The position numbers and the translations under genes are program-made. Below, piece after piece: positions 26,914-32,000 of a stretch of DNA of 32,000 nt. A model generated the notes under the pieces. The model saw nothing but the letters and a program-made list of their open reading frames with translations, searched no databases and was not told the DNA's origin. This DNA is from Mycobacterium tuberculosis H37Rv (GTDB lineage: Bacteria; Actinomycetota; Actinomycetes; Mycobacteriales; Mycobacteriaceae): contig NC_000962.3 in NCBI RefSeq assembly GCF_000195955.2, positions 2,760,001 to 2,792,000 of the forward strand. Reading direction: 5' to 3'. The stretch's first letter is position 1, and each line of letters starts with the position of its first letter.

Positions 26914-29283
26914 TTAGATTCGGTCGCGTCCTTGACGCGCTTTGAACTCGCAGGCGACGAACTGGTTGCGCGCGATCTGCTCGACATAGTCGAAATCCCG
27001 CAGAATGTTTCGTAACTCCCGCCGGAAGGCGACCCTACGTTCGGCGAGGTCGGCCGCCGGCGCTATCAGCTCCTGATCGACGGCGACCTGGCGTGCAGTG
27101 GCGAACAGCAGCGTCGATACCGGTTCGCTGCTGCGGACCCGGCCCTGTGCCACAAACTGACGGCCGAGGCCGAGCGCCAGCTCCGTCAACTCCTCAGGAC
27201 CGATGTCAGGCGGAGCATCGCGCAACACGTCGGCAACGATCTCATAGGCTTCGAAGAAGACCCGCAACATCGCGTCCGACATCAGCGGCCGTTTGGCATA
27301 CAGCATCGCGTCGATCTCATTGCCCCCGACGCCAAGATGATCCTCCCAGTCTTGGTGCCAGGCCATCTCTTGGGCGATGTTGGCCCGAAACGCCGTGGAA
27401 TCCGCGAAATAGAAGTCGAACTTCAGCAGATCCCGCAACCGCATCGCCTGGGCCCAGAACGCGGCGACGCGGTCACCTTCGGCGTGCTTGGCATGGGCCA
27501 GCGCGAGCTCGACGATCGAGGTCTCCAAAAACGCATGGATCACCGAGTTCCGGTAGAACGCCGCGGCGTGCTCGTCGTCAGGCGCTATGTACCATACCGG
27601 CTCCCGGCCACTGTCGACCCGAGTGACCGGGTGGCCGTTGGACAACGCGTCCGCCGCCGCACGGACGCCTTCGCGCGAGCGCAGTCGCAATGCGCTTGTC
27701 GAAACCGGCGATTGTTTGCGTTCCAGATAGTCCAGTGAGTCCTGCAACGTGTGGTGCAGCTGGTCGAGCGTCAACGCGGTGCCGCGGGTGGTGAGCAGCA
27801 GTGCGGACACCAAACCCGTCGCGGTCACCGGCGTCGCCTGCAAAATCCTCCAGGCCACCTCGAACGACATCTTCTGCAACGCAAGCCGTTTCGCGGCCGG
27901 ATCCTGGGTCAGCTCGCCGTGCGGTGCGCCGAGGTACTGGCGCATCGAGACCGCTTCGGGGAAGCGAACGTAGATCTTGCCGAAGTTGCGTTCCCCCTGC
28001 GCCTTGATGAAGTTGTAGAGCCAGCGCAAACCTTCGGGCGTCTTCTCCGCGCCACGCGCGTAGGCGGCGTATTCGGTGATCTCGTGCAGCTGATCGAAGC
28101 AAATCGAAACCCCCTGCAGCAGGATGTCGTCACTGCGGCCGTCCAGGTAAGCATCGGCCACGTAGCTCATCAAACCGAGCTTGGGCGGCAACATCTTTCC
28201 GGTGCGCGACCGGGTGCCTTCGATGGACCAGCTCAGGTTGAACCGCTTCTCGACCACGTAGCCCACGTACTCCTTGAGCACGTACTTATACAGTGGGTCG
28301 TTGCCGATATTGCGCCGGATGAAGATCATCCCCGAGCGCCGCATGAGGGGTCCCATGAGACCGAACGACAGGTTGATGCCGCCGAACATGTGCACCGGCG
28401 GTAACCGGTTGTCCTGCATGGCCACCGGTACCACCACGCCGTCGATGTAGGACCGGTGCGAGAACAGCAGGACCGCCGGATGAGCCTCCAGTGCGGCGCG
28501 CATCGCCGCGACCTGATACTCGTCGTAGTCGAATTCCGGATCGAAGCCGCGGCTAGCCAGCCTGCCGAGGACGGAAACCAGGTCTACCGACACCTGGCTC
28601 CATCCGGTGGAGAGTTCGTCGAGCATCTTCCCGGCATCTTCGACCGTGGCGCCCGGAATCCGGTCCAGGCCGGCACGAAATCGTGCGGACGCCAACATCT
28701 CCGGCTTCACCAGCCGGGGAGATTTGTATTGCGGTCCAAGGATCCGATATTCGGCGCGCGCCAGCGCCAACAGCGCTCGGCGGCTGACGAACTGGGCGAA
28801 ATCGCGCTTGTGCTCTGCCACCGTGGTATCGCGCCACTGCTGGCGCAGTTCGGACACCTTGGCCGACTCGCCGGCCACCACCCGCGCGCGCCTGGGATCG
28901 GTACGCAGGATGCGACGCTGCTGACGCTGGCTGGGATGGTAGGGATCCCGACCCGGGAGCAGTGCGGCCACCTTGCCCGCCCGGCTGCGATCGGCGGGAG
29001 GCAGCCAGATCACCCGAACCGGCACGATAGAACGGTCCTCGCCAGATTGCGGGCTGGATGCGAAGCCGGGCTCGAGCTGCTCGACCAGTGCCGTCAGCGC
29101 CGCCGGCGGAGCGTTGCGCGGTGGCAGCTTCAATATGTCGAACTTCGAGTCCGGATGGCGTGCACGCTGCTGGCCCAGCCAGCCCATGATCAGCTCCATC
29201 TCGACCGGCGTCGCCGTGGAAGCCAGCACCAGTGTGTCCTCGGCAGTAAGCACCGCGCTGGCATCGGCCGCCGGTTTGGTCAC
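26914..29283 (-). CDS. plsB2: Glycerol-3-phosphate acyltransferase
   Basis: 789 aa. PlsB motifs [57 protein letters not shown]-like [21 protein letters not shown]. Confidence 0.95.
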   Translation of the reverse strand: MTKPAADASAVLTAEDTLVLASTATPVEMELIMGWLGQQRARHPDSKFDILKLPPRNAPPAALTALVEQLEPGFASSPQSGEDRSIVPVRVIWLPPADRSRAGKVAALLPGRDPYHPSQRQQRRILRTDPRRARVVAGESAKVSELRQQWRDTTVAEHKRDFAQFVSRRALLALARAEYRILGPQYKSPRLVKPEMLASARFRAGLDRIPGATVEDAGKMLDELSTGWSQVSVDLVSVLGRLASRGFDPEFDYDEYQVAAMRAALEAHPAVLLFSHRSYIDGVVVPVAMQDNRLPPVHMFGGINLSFGLMGPLMRRSGMIFIRRNIGNDPLYKYVLKEYVGYVVEKRFNLSWSIEGTRSRTGKMLPPKLGLMSYVADAYLDGRSDDILLQGVSICFDQLHEITEYAAYARGAEKTPEGLRWLYNFIKAQGERNFGKIYVRFPEAVSMRQYLGAPHGELTQDPAAKRLALQKMSFEVAWRILQATPVTATGLVSALLLTTRGTALTLDQLHHTLQDSLDYLERKQSPVSTSALRLRSREGVRAAADALSNGHPVTRVDSGREPVWYIAPDDEHAAAFYRNSVIHAFLETSIVELALAHAKHAEGDRVAAFWAQAMRLRDLLKFDFYFADSTAFRANIAQEMAWHQDWEDHLGVGGNEIDAMLYAKRPLMSDAMLRVFFEAYEIVADVLRDAPPDIGPEELTELALGLGRQFVAQGRVRSSEPVSTLLFATARQVAVDQELIAPAADLAERRVAFRRELRNILRDFDYVEQIARNQFVACEFKARQGRDRI

Positions 29284-31022
29284 GACCGTCCTTTGGCGCT
29301 AGAGCTTGGCGATGCGGAGGCCTCACCATCCTTGCCAGCGATCTTAGATTCGCTGGGTTTGGCCTTCGGCGATGCCTTCTTTGTAGCCGCCTTCGTCGCG
29401 GCCGCGCCTTTATTGGCGGCGCTTTTGGCGGGAGCCTTCTTAGCCGGCACCCTTTTCGCGGTGGCCTTGGCGACCTGAGCCCTGGCTTTTCTGGCGGCCT
29501 TCTGCTCGGCGTACAGATCGACCGCGGGCAACCCATCGACCGGCCAGTCCGCCAGCGTGTCCAGATACAGCTGGCGCACCTCGGCGATACGATCCGGCAG
29601 GGCGTCCAGGGTCCAGTCATCGACCGGAATCGGCGGAAACACCGCGACGTCGACCGTGCCCGGATTGATCGTGGTGGAGTTGCGCGAGGCGACGATCTCC
29701 GCATTGCGGATCACGATCGGCACGATCGGGATCTTCGCGGCCATGGCGATACGGAAGGGCCCCTTCTTGAATGACCCGACTTCGGTGGTATCCAACCGGG
29801 TACCTTCGGGAGCGATCACGATCGATAGTCCATTGCGGGCGCGCTCCTCAACCGTGTGCAGTGTCTCCACCGCGGCGACCGGATCATCACGGTCGATGAA
29901 CACACCGTCCAGCAACTTCCCCAGCGTGCCCATGATCGGGTCGCTCGCCAGTTCCTTCTTGCCCACCCCAACCCAGTTGTCGCGCACCAGCGCACCGGCA
30001 ATGACCGGGTCAACCTGGTTGCGGTGGTTGAAGATAAAGACGGCGGGCCGCTGGGCGGTCAGATTCTCTTTTCCGATCACATTCAGGTGCACGCCGCTGG
30101 TCGCCAGCAGCAGCTGAGAGAAGGTGGAGGTAAAGAAATTCACGCCGCGGCGCCGGCTACCGGTCAGCACACCGATCCCTACCGCGCCGGCCGCGACCGG
30201 GACGATGGTGCTCAGACCGGCAAGTGTCCGCAACTGCCGCCGGATGCCCACACCGCCGCGACTGTTGAACTTCAAGATCGGCCAGCCCCGTCGCTTGGCG
30301 ACCGCGGCCATCTTTCCTTCCGGATTGGTCGGTCGCGGATTGCCCACCAGATACATCAGGGCGACGTCCTCGTCACCGTCGGCATAGAAGTAACTGTCTT
30401 TGAGATCGATGTCGTGCTCGGCCGCAAAGCGTTGCACCGCAGTGGCTTTGCCCGGACACCACAAAATTGGCTTCAGCACACCCCCGGTGAGTATCCCGTC
30501 CTCGTTGGTCTCGAACTTGTTGGTGAGCATGTTGTTGATCCCCAGAAAACGTGCGACTGGGCCAACTTGGATGGTCAGCGCCGACGAGCTGAGGACCACG
30601 GTGTGGCCGCGGGCCACGTGAGCCCGGACCAGTTCCCGCATTTCCGGGTAGATCCGGGACTCGATCCGCTGGGCGAATAGCCGCTCGCCGATTTCTTCCA
30701 GGTCGGTCAAGAGCCGCCCGGCCAGCGCCGCGGCGGCCTTTCCGATAAGGTCTTCGAACTCGATTCGCCCGAGCGTGTGATTCAGGCCGGCCTGAACCAT
30801 ACCGAGCAGCTCGCCCACGCCCATATCGCGGCGCCGCAGCCTCTCCTGGGTGAGGATGACGGCCGTGAAGCCGGCGACCAGCGTGCCGTCCAGGTCGAAA
30901 AACGCACCGACCTTCGGGCCGGCAGGACTGGCCAGAATCTCGGCTACCGAACCGGGTAGGCGCAAATCCGGCGCCGACTTCCGCGTCGCCCGCTCTTCCC
31001 CCTGCTCGTCAGCGGCGCTCAT
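29280..31022 (-). CDS. plsC: Bifunctional HAD-superfamily phosphatase / 1-acylglycerol-3-phosphate acyltransferase
   Basis: 580 aa from [15 protein letters not shown] motif [27 protein letters not shown]. PlsC motif [11 protein letters not shown] and [10 protein letters not shown]. Upstream extension to 31637 is antisense-frame artefact sequence. Confidence 0.94.
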   Translation of the reverse strand: MSAADEQGEERATRKSAPDLRLPGSVAEILASPAGPKVGAFFDLDGTLVAGFTAVILTQERLRRRDMGVGELLGMVQAGLNHTLGRIEFEDLIGKAAAALAGRLLTDLEEIGERLFAQRIESRIYPEMRELVRAHVARGHTVVLSSSALTIQVGPVARFLGINNMLTNKFETNEDGILTGGVLKPILWCPGKATAVQRFAAEHDIDLKDSYFYADGDEDVALMYLVGNPRPTNPEGKMAAVAKRRGWPILKFNSRGGVGIRRQLRTLAGLSTIVPVAAGAVGIGVLTGSRRRGVNFFTSTFSQLLLATSGVHLNVIGKENLTAQRPAVFIFNHRNQVDPVIAGALVRDNWVGVGKKELASDPIMGTLGKLLDGVFIDRDDPVAAVETLHTVEERARNGLSIVIAPEGTRLDTTEVGSFKKGPFRIAMAAKIPIVPIVIRNAEIVASRNSTTINPGTVDVAVFPPIPVDDWTLDALPDRIAEVRQLYLDTLADWPVDGLPAVDLYAEQKAARKARAQVAKATAKRVPAKKAPAKSAANKGAAATKAATKKASPKAKPSESKIAGKDGEASASPSSSAKGRS

Positions 31023-32000
31023 GAGCCCGACACCGATCGAGGCACTGAACCGGCTCCTTGAGTATCGAACGACGCCGGCAGCACACGCGGTGCCGGACCA
31101 CCGGCCAGCGCAAGGATTTCGTCGAAACCCGCCTGCAGGCATTGAGCGAACAACTCGTCGTTTCGCACCGACGCCCTGTCGTAGCGCACCGTGACGGTGC
31201 ACCACCCGCCCCGGGAAATTAGCACTACCATCATCGCCACACCGGGCAACGGTCCAATACCGTACTGCCGCAGTATCTTCGCGCCGGCAAGGTAGGTATC
31301 CCCTGGGTAGACCGGAACATTGCTGGCTTGCACATCGGAACCGATCACCGAACCGGTGATCCCCTCCAGCACGGCCGTCGGCAAGACACTCAGCACCGGT
31401 GCAATGGAACCGATGATGTTCATCGCGGGCTCGTCGCGACGCTGGGTCATCTGCGCCCGGATCTTCTTCATCCGAGCCACCGGATCGATAGTGCCCACCG
31501 GCGCCGCCAGGTTGACACCGGTGAACTGGTTGCCGCCGGCCGCATCGCCCTCGGCCCGCAGGTTGACCGGCACCGCCATCGGCAGCGTGCTGATCGGCAC
31601 GCCCAGGGCCTCGTGGTAGCGGCGCAGCGCGCCACACAGACCCGCAAGGTAGGCGTCGTTGATCGACCCGCCGCCGGCCTTTGCGGCCTTGTGCAGGTCG
31701 GCGAGCCGGATGTCGATGGCCTCGGTACGGGTGGTCAGGCTGCGCCGGCGCAGTAGGGGTGAGGGTTCAGCAGCTCGGTTCAGCACCCGGATGCCCGACC
31801 TGGCGTAGCCCAAGATCCCCGACACGGTGGACACCGGTTCCAGAACAGCCCGCCCGGCCATCGATACCGCCCCGGACAGCGCGTCCAGGACACCGCCGAC
31901 GACAGCAATTGGCAGGTGGTTGATGCCCCGGCGCATCAGGTCATTGGGGGACAGATCCTCCGGAATGGGTTGCGGCGGCGTCGACCTAGGTGGTGGATCG
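31019..32000 (-). CDS. Wax ester synthase/diacylglycerol acyltransferase (WS/DGAT), C-terminal portion, truncated by window end
   Basis: NDAYLAGLCGALRRYHEALGVP..LPMAVPVNLRAEGDAAGGNQFTGVNLAAPVGTIDPVARMKKI and SNVPVYPGDTYLAG. The frame is open to base 32000. Confidence 0.9.
   Translation of the reverse strand, partial: DPPPRSTPPQPIPEDLSPNDLMRRGINHLPIAVVGGVLDALSGAVSMAGRAVLEPVSTVSGILGYARSGIRVLNRAAEPSPLLRRRSLTTRTEAIDIRLADLHKAAKAGGGSINDAYLAGLCGALRRYHEALGVPISTLPMAVPVNLRAEGDAAGGNQFTGVNLAAPVGTIDPVARMKKIRAQMTQRRDEPAMNIIGSIAPVLSVLPTAVLEGITGSVIGSDVQASNVPVYPGDTYLAGAKILRQYGIGPLPGVAMMVVLISRGGWCTVTVRYDRASVRNDELFAQCLQAGFDEILALAGGPAPRVLPASFDTQGAGSVPRSVSGS

Noticed and set aside
27751-29478. 217-aa and 340-aa plus-strand ORFs antisense to plsB2 and the plsC 3' end
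   Set aside because: Low-information Arg/Gly/His/Ala-rich translations opposite well-supported acyltransferase genes.
31023-31637. 205-residue upstream extension making plsC 785 aa
   Set aside because: The extension lies entirely inside the WS/DGAT coding region in another frame. The true start is [12 protein letters not shown] with a 4-bp stop/start overlap.
1-32000. CRISPR array, prophage, or clustered defence system
   Set aside because: No regularly spaced direct repeats, Cas motifs, phage structural genes or integrase other than the IS6110 transposase were seen. The HNH-domain gene lies among housekeeping genes without a partner methylase or restriction module.

Overview
The gene content and order match a chromosomal segment of the Mycobacterium tuberculosis complex, from the end of mmuM/Rv2458 to within Rv2484c. 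This assignment is from recognition of the proteins; no search was run. Gene order: partial homocysteine S-methyltransferase, DHA2-type MFS exporter, clpP2-clpP1-tig, tRNA-Pro(TGG), tRNA-Gly(TCC), lipP, Nei/Fpg-type glycosylase, rpiB, DsbA-like CPWC reductase, pepN, two conserved hypotheticals, HNH protein, glbO, aglA, a MazE-like small ORF, a membrane protein, two small genes, the large NAD-glutamate dehydrogenase, an ABC-F ATPase, an SSB-like gene, a 1355-bp IS6110 copy, a short poorly characterised interval, plsB2, plsC (HAD-acyltransferase), and a partial WS/DGAT gene. Most of the window is ordinary chromosomal coding sequence. The main observations are: (1) IS6110 is inserted in codon 6 of the SSB-like gene. 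The lost 5' end (ATG TTC GAA ACG CCA CTG with its Shine-Dalgarno) is visible on the far side of the element, and the 3-bp target duplication is CAG/CTG. (2) The aglA-downstream interval looks like a decayed MazEF-type toxin-antitoxin locus, with a frame-broken MazF-like sequence. (3) A perfect 21-bp inverted repeat with a 23-nt loop lies between the CPWC reductase gene and rpiB. (4) A small lipoprotein-like ORF lies on the + strand upstream of the plsB2 3' end. No CRISPR array, prophage or novel defence system was found.
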